Source: Balanoglossus misakiensis (lineage: Eukaryota > Animalia > Hemichordata). From it: a stretch of 64,000 bases of DNA. The DNA is taken from positions 10,153,519 through 10,217,518 of the forward strand of contig CM082578.2 of assembly GCA_040954595.2 (NCBI GenBank), given 5' to 3'. The notes under the pieces are model-generated. The model ran no database searches, was not told the DNA's origin, and worked only from the letters and a program-made list of their open reading frames with translations. Positions 36,701 through 49,418 of this stretch are shown here, piece by piece. Positions within the stretch are counted from its first letter, which is position 1. Each line of letters begins with the position of its first letter. The position numbers and the translations under genes were made by a program.

Positions 36701-38734
36701 AGGGATCCGCTAACAAGAAACCGTGTTCGGTTGACAAATCACAATGGTAAACAAGCCACAAGAAACACGGCAATTGTGTACCAAAAGTATTTGGACATAC
36801 GATGTGGACGAAAGACACGATAAACGTATTAAAGTGAGCATGTCGGTTGTCTGTTGCCACTAAAGAACCGACATATGGACGAGAAGCGATGAAAGTCGCC
36901 AAGGGCGTACCAGCTCTCCTTTTTTCGACCTACCCTTCTTGGCGTCGATCCCGGGCGCTTTGTTTTATGAGATTATTGAACTCATTTCGTAAACGACACA
37001 CCATACACGAGTATCGAAATCTTGTTAGTGGTTAATTGAAGCGCGTGGTTGCAGTGATTACCGGTGAAATGCTGTAAAACAATGGGCTGTATTGAAAAAG
37101 GGGGAAAAGCGTCCAAATAGAAATAACACAAGAACTTTACCTTTCTTCCCACCTCGTTGTTGTGCAAGTTCATCATGCTGCGCACGCTCTGCCTTCGGTA
37201 ATTTTTATCCGGTGCGTCCACAAACTTCTCGCTGAATCCGATGCCGTAATCAATGTTGTCGCTGCACCCTCCCCACTTCCATCCCTCCTCCAGCGACGCC
37301 CCGATCTTGGACGCGTCGCACGTGCAGTCGGTCAGACCCCCGGCGCTGCACGCGCTCGTCACAGCGTGAACGACGCCGGCCGAGGTGACGGCGTATATGA
37401 ATGCCGTTTCCCGGTTGCCTGCATTCAAGCAAAAGACACAAGAAGCGTTTGTTATTCTGTTGGTTCTCCGTGTCCCGTAGGTCGTTTCTCCGCCGCGGTT
37501 GACTGCGTTGGATCGCGCATCGTCTCCCCGAGACTGAAACTTTCTGAATATTTCAGTTTGCTATTCAAGGGCATGACCAGACTTCACTAGCACGATTGTT
37601 TTGGTATCCTCCTAGTTTTTTTAATCACTGGGACACGGCTGCATTCGTTTTCAAAAATCTGAAACCAGGTAGATTCTTCAATATGACTGTCCGTCCGTCC
37701 GTCCGTCTGTCTGTCTGTCTGTATGTCTGTCTGTCTGTCTGTCTGGATGTATGTATGTATGTATGTATGTATGTATGTATGTATGTATGTATGTATGTAT
37801 GTATGTATGTATGTATGTATGTATGTATGTATGTATGTATGTATGTATGATTTTATGAGCTGACGACATATTTGTTTTGCAATGTTGTGAAAAGGGAAAG
37901 TGACCCAGACTGCTTCGACAGTAAAGCGACCGAAACGCCATGCGTCATTCTGTTAACAATGAGAGTAAGAGAGACGAATGCCCAATTAATTCGTCTGTCA
38001 AGCATATCCAGACGAAACCATGTACCATGCTGCAGGGAAAATAATCAAAACAGTACGCACACACAAGCCCTTTGCGGGAGTTGCACTCATCGAAACAGAA
38101 GAAGGGGGAGATGATAGATGGGCGCGCGGCCATTTACCTTGCTGCAGGATCTTTCCGAAGACGTTTTCTTCTTGCGTGGTGGAACAGTTCCAGCGCTCTC
38201 GCTCGAACTGCTTCTGACACTCCGAGATGCCCATCCTGGCACCCTCGCCGACGCTGGCGATGGTCTGGGGCTTGGACTTGCAGACGTCCTTCTGCGCATT
38301 CACCAGACCGGGGACGACGTTGCAGACCCGATCCTCCGGCTCGGTGGGGTTAGATATAGTAGCGACAGATGCAACACCCAGCCACCTAGACAATTAATCA
38401 CACCAAATAACTCTCTCAGTGAAGTGTTTTTCTCATAAAGCGGCGAGAGCCAGGCAAAGTGGTTCATGGCACGGCAGGGATCTATCGAGAGCTCTCGAAA
38501 GAGAACAACTACTGTTTCTTACTGAAGCCCCCTTTGCTTCACAACTTACACTAGCAACACACATGTGCGAGGAGGTAAAATGACGCATGGTTTGTGTGAA
38601 AGTGTTGGGGAGCGGGGGGGGGGGGGCGAAGACACTTACAGCCACGATCCGGACGTTTTCCCCGTCACCAGCAGAATAAGCAACAAAACTTGGACGACTG
38701 TCCTCGAAGACGATTCTCGCTGATACGATACCAT
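24302..38734 (-). CDS. WNT16: Protein Wnt-16 (4 coding exons, 361 aa)
   Basis: complement(join(24302-24766,37141-37418,38138-38385,38640-38734)) = 1086 nt, open. Signal peptide, SWLWLG, ETAFIYAV, WKWGGCSDNIDYG, CRCHGVSGSC lipidation Ser, C-terminal CDCKFYWCCYVKC. Subfamily assigned from motifs, exon sizes and adjacency to CPED1. Confidence 0.9.
26660..26972. mobile_element. Non-autonomous double-hairpin (MITE-like) element in Wnt16 intron 3
   Basis: 24-bp inverted repeat 26660-26683/26807-26830 (1 mismatch), directly followed by a 143-bp palindrome 26830-26972 with a 29-bp perfect outer stem. Confidence 0.7.
28073..28314. repeat. (TATG)n microsatellite, about 60 units
   Basis: Seen directly; source of the spurious YVCM/HTYI ORFs. 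Confidence 0.97.
37141..37418 (-). CDS. WNT16: Wnt16 exon 3
   Basis: tgcag| ... AAG|gtaaag, 278 nt; GNRETAFIYAV...NLHNNEVGRK. Confidence 0.95.
37688..37849. repeat. Compound (TCCG)/(TCTG)/(TATG)n microsatellite in Wnt16 intron 2
   Basis: Seen directly. Confidence 0.95.
38138..38385 (-). CDS. WNT16: Wnt16 exon 2
   Basis: tctag| ... G|gtaaat, 248 nt; ECQKQFERERWNCS. Confidence 0.95.
38640..38734 (-). CDS. WNT16: Wnt16 exon 1 (signal peptide MVSYQRESSSRTVVQVLLLILLVTGKTSGSWL)
   Basis: Kozak gccATGG, hydrophobic core, CT|gtaagt phase 2, 95 nt. Confidence 0.88.
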
Positions 38735-38989
38735 GGCGATTTCTACTACCACAAGCTCAAAGTGACGACCCTTCCCACCAAATGTAAAACCCACTCAGGT
38801 GTACACGAAATCTCTGTGATAGGCTCGCAACAACACAGCTCCACGAAGTTGGGCTCCGACGTGCTTCATCAGTGCAGACTCGGTAAATCTGGACTTCGGG
38901 GATCCGTTCTCAGTGCGACCACCAAGCCCCTCCCCCAAACTGGACAGTCAAGGGAGGACCTGTCAACAGGTGTCATCTGTCCTCCCCCG

Positions 38990-39040
38990 CTGATTGGCTC
39001 ATGGCTCCTCCCGGTGACGCAGGGGGGATCACGTGACGCG
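38990..39040 (-). promoter_or_regulatory. Wnt16 proximal promoter motif cluster
   Basis: On -: GTCACGTGAT E-box (39028-39037), TGCGTCA CRE-like site and CCAAT box (38993-38997), about 260-300 bp upstream of the ATG in CpG-rich DNA. Confidence 0.55.
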
Positions 39041-42000
39041 GGGAATAGCCTGGCCCCCCTTCCCTTACAGTTGCGTGCTGAGAGTACTCATGCCGTGGCT
39101 CAACTTAGTGACATTTGTATAACCGGTTGTTTGCCCATTGTATCATTGTTAGTCAGATCAATGGAACGGTTCCAAAACCTTATTTTGACGGACAGTGTAG
39201 ATAGCGTACGGAATTTGACGTTCAGAACCACAGCCGAGGTGTGCGGCTCCCATTCGCCCGGTAACCTTTCCCGTTCTCGGTCTAATCACCAATTGTATAT
39301 TAATTAGGGGATTATAACTGTGCCCCCAGGTTAATCCAATAAAGACAGACTGTTTTTATTTTTGTTTGAGCGGAAGATTTTCCAGCCCACGGTATGTTTC
39401 CGCGCCGCCTCTCCGGACATTCGGCTCAATGACTCCAGCAGCCCAAATTTGTAGGTCGACTCGGACAATTTTGAGAGCCGCGCCAGTTAGCCTACCAGGG
39501 CGAATTGAGTCAGGCATACTTGGGATAACATGGTGTAAATGATGACGATTCTTGCTGAGGCTCCGTGAAAACAAGCCAATGCAATTTATGGAATCGGCGC
39601 TTTTTTGCTTTCTCTCTCTCGCTCTCCCACTTCGAGTTTGACAAATGAAGTTGACATCCCATGGTCAAACCGCGGAAAATGGTGTCGATTTACCGCCGAG
39701 CCACTCCGAATTTATCTTTCTTCGGTAGCTCGTGCTAGTGAAAATGTGGGTCGGAAATAGTCGCAGACGTCAGACCAGACCCATCAAATTGAAAGTAAAT
39801 TTCCGAGTGGCGGATAAGAATAACCCATGTCAGTGTTTATTATTTTTTTGAGCCACAGAGACGTACCTATACCGTGTCGGCCGAGATGGGAGTTTTGTGC
39901 CCGGGACTCGACTCATTTACCTGAGTGACGTATACCTCCCAGTTTTGCCCCACGGCGCAACCCGAGTCTATTTTCGTGCCATTAGCGTTTTGCGAGTTAA
40001 AGCATAGTGTACTAAGCAAAGACGAAGTGACAGAACGGTGGTGCTAACGCGAATGGAATGCACGTCCCAATCTTGAGTGCGCAAGTTCTTCGTGGTCACG
40101 CGCGTACGGACGGAGGGGGAAAATAGCCAGTTGGGGCGAGTGTTTTATTCATGAAATTCTTCACCAAAAAAACAGAGTGTCACATCCCCAAATCACTCCC
40201 CTGTGCCAGTAATGCCCGCCTCGGCCAACAGAGTTTGTTTTCTGGCAAGGTGGACATTCGACGGGGAGTGACGGAGACAGGCATTCGACTCGAGTGGGAC
40301 GCATCCATGCGTGACAGAAATCTTAATGTTTGCTGTAACATGATGGTGGTTCACGTCAAATGTCGAGAATAGTATCGTTTGATTCCTTTGCTGAGTGACA
40401 GACAGACGGCATCGAATGACGTTCGGTTCACTGTTACGGTGTTCCCGGCGGCCGTAGTGCAAGTAATGGGCGCAATGCAAGTGCATTGCCGTAGTACAGC
40501 CGCAACGCATACAACATTGACGCGTTTTATATTAGGTACGTTTAGGCCTATCTCGTCTGATATCACGTCATTGTCAAACGGTGATTAGGAAGATGACTTC
40601 AGTTCATAGCATGGCGCTCCTTGAGCCCCGCGATCTAAGTTTCAAAATCGTACAGGGGAGGCAACCTGAGCAGGTCCGTTGGTCCGACTATTTCTTTTCT
40701 GGAGACTACATGTACAGTGGCACCGTCCTGCATAGTTTATCATCGTTCTATTTCCAAAACCCGGCCTTCATTGACCGACTCTCTCACTTGACGCCAACGT
40801 GGGGGTTCGAAAATCGATAAAATGAAGTGCCCGTCGCTTAGCTGTTGACCGTTTTACTTAGGCCTCCACTGGATTGACCCTTTATCGTCTTATCGCCCTG
40901 GCAACCGAACGCGCCGACTACCCTTTAAATCAGAAATCACCTCATTATAAAGCTGTTGACCATAATTATCATAATACAATGTAATCTCAACTCCCAACGG
41001 CCGCTCATTACTCTCGTGTCATCGGCGAGCTTCGGCCACTCTGTCAACATGTAATGATATCGGCTTGGACATTGTGCTGCACGCGGCTATTTTGTAAGGT
41101 AAAGTCAGGGCACGTGACCAGACGTTGAGAATTTCACTCCCAGTGGACCAACACGTATTCAAAAGTTCAAGTTCTAAGTCACCTGGACATCACATGAAGG
41201 GATAGTGGACAGTTTTACTGCACAAGTGTATTAATTCGGGTTTTGTGAATTTTAGAGAAAAAAAATATTGTATCTGATATAGTATTTTTGTCTGCTGCTG
41301 CAACATATATGGTTACCAAGTGATCAATTGGTAACGCCGCTTTTAAACGGTGAAGACCTCTCTCGTTTCGTCATCATGAATGCATAATAATATTTGGATG
41401 CGATTTGCAAACTTGTGAAAAACACACATTTGTCAAACAAAGGCGATGAAAACTATGCAATGCCAAGTGCGATGTTTTGAAGAAAACCGCAACTTTGAAA
41501 AAAAAAGAGCTGGGAAGAACAAAACGCAGATGGAATGCTGGCAAACAGAGATTGTGCAATTGCTATGGCGAGTCAACACACGTGTGTGTGTGCAGAGAAG
41601 GCATTGGGAAGAGACCACTTGACATAGTTTAGAAATCGCGGCGGCGGCGTCTGCAGACAGGTCAGTCCGTCATCCCGTTCGGTGATAAGTTTACATGCCA
41701 ATACAGCGGGTAATATGTCAATATGGGCAGGCTTGTTTGTGTTAATAAACTTGCGTGTTTTACCGTCCACCGCCCGGCGGAGACGTCTAATTGAATCTCG
41801 ACCGTGGTCGCTCGTTATGAGGCGGGGAGGACATGCCGAAAAAACAGCGATCCAGTGGATGATAAAGGGTAATGTTTATTGGTACAAGAAGGTTACAAGT
41901 CTGCCCGGTGTCCGTCTACTCAGAGGTTTACATGTTCTCAACGCGTCTAGTTTGAGTAGACGCCCTGCCCGGGACAGACTGAGACGCCATGGCGTGAAAA

Positions 42001-43382
42001 ACGATTTTTCGCTGTGTTGTTTGCTCAGACAAACAGCGAGAGTGAGAAGTGACGAGCGTGAACGGACGGACGGAGAATCGGAAGGGCGCCTGAAAACCGC
42101 ACCAGCCGAGATACGTCTTTCACGAAAGAAAAGTTGTACAAATACATGTATATGTTCGTACGTACGTGATGTCCCTGACAAACGATTCATGCTATATACA
42201 TACGTCATACCCCTTTAGCCTGGCAATACCGTGGTGAACTTGCCGACACTACAGGATCTATCACAAGTGACGAGCTCGTTTTCTTATTCAGCGAAGCCCT
42301 CTACTTTAGAAAAGTTTCACTATACAGTTCATTTTTTTTCTTTCCGTGGCTTGTAATTTATTGGACGGCACAAAGGCACCACATACGGCTGTACACAATA
42401 ACCATGATCACTCGGTTGAATTTAATAAGCAGTCATGTGTCGTAAATTGTGTAAAGATACAGAGCACGCCTTCGAGATTTATTTATTTGCTTTGCGACGT
42501 ACCGTCATTGCCAGCTCTTGCGCGCTGAGGACAATTTGCGTCGCATGACCATGCGTGGACATCAAAACCCAATTACCATAATTGTGTTTTTGTCGATAAT
42601 GGTAATGTTTCGGTAATAAACTATCGACACAATGATCAACATTTCAGCATGATTTTTTAATACCACAAACCACCATGTAGTGACAATAACAACGTGCCTG
42701 TTCACAGAAACCAGACATGTCCCTAGGGCTTGTAGATACGCCCGTTCCCAAGCATTATTCCGCCATTAAATATTTTTTATCATCATTTGTTGTAATTTAA
42801 GGGTTTCCTGTAGAATTTTGCGGGGAACCCGCCCCTGCCATATTCAGAAACCACAATGGACGAGGATTGTAAGCGCGGAACCATGACGACAGATTCTACT
42901 TTGTACAGTTTACGTGGATCAGTGGCCGTGTCATTTCATCGCCTGTAATAAAACCAACAGTTGTGGAAAAAATACGTGTGTCCAACATTCCTCGGCTATT
43001 GCAGTTTTACTGCCGATCTCTCAACGACGCTTTGGACTGAACAACTGGTGTGGTCGACTCGCCCTCATCCGCGTCAAAGTCTGTCTTTTTATTGAAACCA
43101 TTTAAAAAAAATCAAAATTTGCTCTAAATCTGTTGAAAATCCGTCTTGTTACGACACACCCTGTTTAGTTGCTTGGTCGAGAGAGGGGTAGCTTTTCTTT
43201 GCATAACAAAGGGCCCTGCCTTTTCAACTAGTTCATTTAAATATTAGTAATAACCAGATGGTCACCCATATAAAAGGCCTTCTCACAAAAACCACGAGGC
43301 ACACTTCTCAATACTGACTCGGAGGAGCGCGTAGCTCCAGCTCCACATCGCCTTGGGAATTAGGAATTTACCTAGCTGGGCT

Positions 43383-43494
43383 GGACTCTGTGAGCAGCGG
43401 ACTTTGTGTGAGCAACCGACTTCATGAGCAACGGACTTTCTGTGAGCAACTGGATTCTGTGAATGACGGACTTGGTCAGCAACGGACTTCTGTG
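43383..43494. repeat. Degenerate minisatellite with 16-18 bp unit (GGACTT(C)TGTGAGCAAC), about 6-7 copies
   Basis: Seen directly; bracketed by a 12-bp inverted repeat at 43170-43181/43534-43545. Confidence 0.75.
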
Positions 43495-46400
43495 CCTTGA
43501 TTTCGGCCAGGACTTCTATGGACTCAATAACTCCTCGACCAAGCAGGGTAAAAACACATAGTGAACATTTTCTTTTTGTGTGACTTTTTGATTTTAGAAG
43601 GCTAGTTGTTCAATTAAATATTCTGTTGTTGAACCACATTCTCCATTGTGTGCTCCCGGTTTTTTTTCTGCCGTAACAGTCTATATATTTTCATCATATC
43701 TTCAGAGATTGTCCCTCGAATTTTGTGTTTGGTTTGTGTAACGGAGAACTCAAGCAATGTAGAAGTGCTTCAGGTTGTAATTATAACGTTCTGGTTCATC
43801 ATTTTTATGGATGCGCTAGCGCTCAAACCAACAAGGGGAGAGGTCAAATGCGCACGGAGTAATATCATTTGTTTGCAATACCGGGAAGCAAGAGTAAGTT
43901 TCATATCTTCCGTCCATGCAGAAATACTCGTAAATGTCCACTGGGGTGATATAAGGATGTGCAATCGGTGGGCAAAGATGTGTCGGATGGCGCTGAGGTC
44001 CAACGTCACGGTGGGACGATAGCGAGGCCGGCGCATGCTCGCTCTCGCTGGACTTCAGTGAGTCTTGAATACGACTGTATTTACTTATGCCAGATACTCA
44101 CACAGATACTCAACCTGTTAGCATACTTTCCAGACACTTTTACACTCATTGCTGCTGACCTCGCCGATATGAATAAATCGAAAACGCCCGAACAACGCCC
44201 TGGGTGTATCCAGTTACACAATGCATCGGTATGAGAGAAAGTCAGACTTCGGCCTCGGCGATAATTGAGTTATCCGTCAAAAAAACAATTATGTCGTCTG
44301 GTTCCACCTTTCTCCTTCCACAATTCGCCGCAAAATTTGTCAGATTATCTATCGGGTGTATGCGTCGGACGGAGCCGCGTGTGTGTCTGGGCGTGAGCGG
44401 ACAAAATGCGCCCGATAAAACGTCGCTACGTCGCCTGGGAAACTTCCGAGGAATTTCCTCATACATGAAATTTCATGGATGGATTGGTGCGCTGAATGGG
44501 CGTCCGTAATAACGCCAAATTATCCCCACCGACCGCAGAACCAACGCGGAGACGGAGGCGAGAAATATTAGACAGTTAGTTACCAATGCCATTGCTATAC
44601 TGGTACATCATTTGGAAAGATACGGGCCCGGGCCTGGCACTGTCGGTCCGTGGCACACCCCGATATACAATGTGGAACGACGGGTTTTTGTTGCCCCGGT
44701 AAATGGTTGATACCAACCTCTATATTCCCCTTGGAAAAAGAAACCGGTAAGGTGCTTGTTCGGTAGCACCTCCGTGTGTATCCGACGCCCACCATTGCAC
44801 TGAGCACCCCAGTCGGTCAGACTACCATGGACCCTATGCGTTCCCTGACAGAATTTTTAGTAAAGACTCGGCGCCCGTGCCTGGGACGTGATGCCGCATA
44901 TTAACAGAGTGCTGAACTTTGATTTTCCATTAAACTGCGAAACGGATTTCTACTGATTAAAGCACGTTAGGCCTGTCTTTAAAACCTTAATTTACGCTAT
45001 ATTGTGTTATGTCAAGTGCATTATTTATAGACCTGTCTGCAACTCTGCTAGGCGAGCCATCCGCCAAACGACATATTTTATCAACTGACGAGGAAAACAA
45101 CTACATGTACCTTTGTTATCTCATCAAATTACAACCTGTACCAATAAACGTGCGCATATACTGTCCAGGATCGGTCAACTATGAACTACGGTTATGGAAC
45201 GTTATAGACCAACCACCTGTTCGATTCTCGCAACTTGTACGAAACCTCACCGGGTTTCTCAGTTTGAACTTTTTTCTGTAAATGTCCCTCATGCTTCATG
45301 AAAACTGGTCAAGATGCATTTAGGGGTAATACATAGTGACTGTATGTGCGTCTCAATGTCCATCGATGGGATCATAACTGTTGGGTCTACACGTAAACCT
45401 CCTTAACACTAACTCACGTAAGCATATACACAGGCAGTCATCCGTGTAGCAGAGTTACTGAATCTGAGGCGATAGAACAACCGGGCACTTGGCCAGCTCT
45501 GAAATTCCCTTTAGAATTCAATACTTTCCGCCAACCCCCACGTTGTGTACGTTTACACAGAAAACCAGCACTGGATACGCACTATATCATTACCTGTCTC
45601 GCTTGAATCATCTACTCAGGAATGACTTTTTTTTTTACTAATATAGGGCAATTTTTCACCTGGATACACACGTGGGAAAATTACGCGTAATTGGACATGT
45701 GTGGAGCTGTTCAAGCTTGATGTATTTTGCATCTGTTAAATGTTGTAGTAGTTAATTTACGGCACAGAATACAAATTTATTTTAAATGTCTCCACGAAAG
45801 TGCACGTGTTTGCAGGTGTATTTATCGAAGGGTCATCATATTCCGTGCCGGCGCGGCACACGTGTGTGACAGAATTCCATTATACTAAAATGCGAAAAAT
45901 TATACAAGTTTAAAACATCATAGTAATCGTTTAACGATTATTTTTGACTATTTGCATACCAAAATATACAAATATTTATATTAATTCGAGTGGAAGCGGG
46001 CTACATTTGCGATGGTAGTGATTGGGACGAGTAGTGAGTGATATGCGAGCCCATTACACGATGGTTATGGGTTGTTTAAGTTGACATGGATCAAAGAAAA
46101 CAACTGCACGAAGCGCTCAGATTGGCCACCTTGGATTCGCCAACCGAGAGAGGTCCGTGGCCTTCGAACAAGACCAGCCAATCACGATTTACCACAGTGA
46201 CGTCAGATTATATCAAATTTCTTGAGATTCAATCTGACAATCACAGGACATTTGGGCATGACATCATCGGTCGTAGCGAACTGAACGAGGGCAGTGTCAG
46301 GTCAGGTTTTTGATCGACAAGGGGTATGCTAAAATAAGATTTTTTTCGGCAAGAACTGGAGAAAGTCAGAAAAGACAGTGGCAAAATTACAACGAACGAA

Positions 46401-49400
46401 AAGACTTGACCGACTACATCTACAACTCGATTTTTTACGTGTGTGTGGCATCACCGCGATCAGTGAAAAAAGAGCGGTATTCCGTGTTGGTGGTCTTTGA
46501 TGCTGTTGCCATTCTCATGGGAAATTCGGAGTTGGCGGTTCTCAATCATGACAGGCCAAGCGATTTCAATGTACGAAATAAACCGTACCATTATCACCGC
46601 GTCAAGCGGTTCCTATTTCTGGTTACAGCAGTCTTACAAGTCGAAATCACCCAATTACTCGCGCCCCCGCGCCCATTCACCACGTTTATTGTGCTTACAA
46701 TGGCCTGACAAGATTCCATATCGGCCAAGTAATTTGCGGGGAATTTTTTCCCCTCTTCCGCGTCGATTTGTGCGCAAACGAGCATAAAATTATAACTTTC
46801 CTGTTCGCAGTTACGCCGAATAACAACAGAGGGGCCGCCCGCGATTCCAAGGTTGGGACGGAAATTTGACATGGTCACCAAAAAGATGGATACGCCGAAA
46901 AGTTTGTTCTGGTCGACGGGTCGAAGGCGCCACGTTCTAAATGAATCGTAATGAACCTTGTGATTGCGTTAGTCAGGCGGTCATTCTATATACTTAAAGA
47001 TGGGCCAATCAGAGCCCCTTACTTTCTTTGGTTGAAGAGTTCTTCATGGATATAACTCCATGATGAATGCAAGTAATTTGACAAAACAAAAAACAATATT
47101 AAAGTTAAGATATTGTTATCTATACACCTTAAACCATAAACGGATTTCCAAATTTCAAATAAATCTCCATAGCTCTATCTGCTACCATAATGCTGAGCAA
47201 TTTTCCATCCATTGCCACAACGGGTACCATTATCCAATATGACAAATTGGGCGTGCTGCACCACAGGGACTGTGACTGGACCAATGACGTAATTACACCT
47301 GTCTTTTTGATTGACGGGAACGCCAAACATGTTAATAGATTTGTCAACATCAATAACACAAATTTGTCTGTGATTTGACAGTCAAGGTTGTGTGGTACCG
47401 AAACAAGTTGAACTCGGGCGCAGGTTACGCTTATCAGTTATGACGTCACTCGCCGATCAGTAATTACGTGTTCGAAACCGACGTATGTCTCCGAGGTCTC
47501 ACAGTGTGACGTCGTAACAGTTGTTGCTTTATGGGTGGAGACCTTGCAGTGATTAGATTTTACGGTCAAATTCGAGTGCAATCAAATTGACCAAAGACGG
47601 AGAAAATAGAGTGGATAGGGTGACGCTTTTTTCCCAACAATTCAAACTAGAATTCCTGAATTGCATGCATTACTATCTACCAGGTGCCAGGCTAACTGTC
47701 ATCATGGCTCACTGAATGTGCGAAAACATCCTCAAATCTAAACATACACTTGACATGGCAAACAGAGAATATGAATTGATTGGTTTGCAGACTTGTAGAA
47801 TTAGCCTTCAATGTATATTTGCTAATATTTTAGACCTTTACCTTCGTGGGAAAGTAGATGATGTCACAACGTTCTCTTCTGAAGTTTCGGAGGTTGGGAC
47901 GTGACGGGGCTCCCGATGAAAATCGACCCCGAGAGAATGTTTTATATTGCCTGTCCTCGGCTCAACATTCTAATGGAATTTGCGCTGTACTATATTCATT
48001 TTAATTGGTTTAAAGGATCGACCGGGGAATGCGTGGGAGCTCTTACCAGGGCTCATCCAAAGAACGCCCAAAAGGCTTCGGTGATCCCGAGACTATGGCC
48101 CGGTCGATTGTTCTTTACAAACCCGAAAGTCCTCCACAACTTGATCCGTTTCGCGGTTCAATTGAAAACTTGGATATTTTTGAAATCTTGTTGACAGAGA
48201 GAGCCGGGGAGTTAAGAACATCCTCGAGGCAACGCGAAAGTGTGCTGAAACAAAGACGACGTTTTATACCTGTGTGTGCACGCATGCAGCCCGTACACCA
48301 GATGTGTGGCCAACACAACTCCAGGCCATGTGTGTGTGTATACATATCTCGATTGAGTGCGAAACCGAAGCCATCGCCTCCTCTTCTCCGGCGATAACTG
48401 AATGACTCCCCCATCTCCCCCCACCAGATAAACGCTGGCAAATCTTTGGAGAATCGGCGGGGCCGGAAATCCTCCCGGATTTGTCGAGTTTCCTGTTGCC
48501 GTGACGACGTGAATGAGAGGGAAAGTGCATGCTGATCCGTCAAAGGCAGCCGACTGGTGTTTGCCAACAGCCTTGTTTATTTGTTGGTAGATTTGCCACC
48601 CTTCACAGGAGACCATGCGCAAATTTGCCCTCCCAGCGACGACGACACACAGGTAGTCGCAGCAGTCAAACGCTGGTCGCTGGTCAAACACCACTCCAAT
48701 CATATGCTCCAATATAGGCCTATTTATAACCACAAAATCAACCCAACTGCTTTTAAAGAATAACTTAGCATCGCGCTATCTTTTGCTCGTCTTCCATATT
48801 TATTTCGTGAAAAGTGTCGAGTGAAAATGTCCTGAGAAAAATGAATATATGCATACGACAGAGCGCAAATTACCTGCTAGTCTACCGGCCGAAGAGAAGT
48901 AAAATTCGACGGAAAAAAACGCTATAAGTTTGCACATAGACCATAGCGTCTATGGTTTGCCATGTGTTATCACATGTCTGTCTTTCTTTTTATTACATAA
49001 AGTGTTGATGAAACTAAGCAGTGGAGCTAAAGAAAGATTAAACTAACCGAAGTCGAAGTCGTTTAAGTTTACCCATCCCTACCCGCCTGTCCCCCCCCCC
49101 TTTTTGCCCCTCCCTTATCACACACATGCATAGACACGCACGCCTCTGCTATAGACACACACGTCGTTAGGATGTCGCGACGTCTTAAAGTACCAGACGA
49201 CACGGACTTTCGTCTACGCACACAAGGCAGTCCAGTCTGTTGTCTCGGTCAATATTTGATTCGTTGTTCTTTAGAGTAATACAGCTCTTCTGAAGACCGC
49301 GACTAGTATGTGCAAACCTCTGCGTTTGTAACCACACATAAAATGCATTCAAAACTCACACAACACCACGAGAATGACAACACAACTTACAACAACGATG

Positions 49401-49412
49401 AGATAAGTTTGC

Positions 49413-49418
49413 TTTATT
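49413..49418 (-). terminator. Candidate poly(A) signal of CPED1 (3'UTR about 1.9 kb)
   Basis: AATAAA on - followed by a strongly GT-rich tract (gttgtgttgtc...gtggtgttgtgtg). Confidence 0.55.

Noticed and set aside
38690-39307. 205-aa + strand ORF antisense to the Wnt16 5' end (similarly 33028-33621 and 41682-42218)
   Set aside because: Non-ATG start, no recognisable domain or splice structure; expected by chance in GC-richer DNA.
43383-43494. CRISPR-like periodic repeats
   Set aside because: No unique spacers, degenerate head-to-tail units and eukaryotic context.
45671-47852. Two CGTGGGAA Su(H)/CSL sites upstream of Wnt16, plus scattered TCF-like sites
   Set aside because: Too few to exceed chance over about 10 kb, and not clustered.
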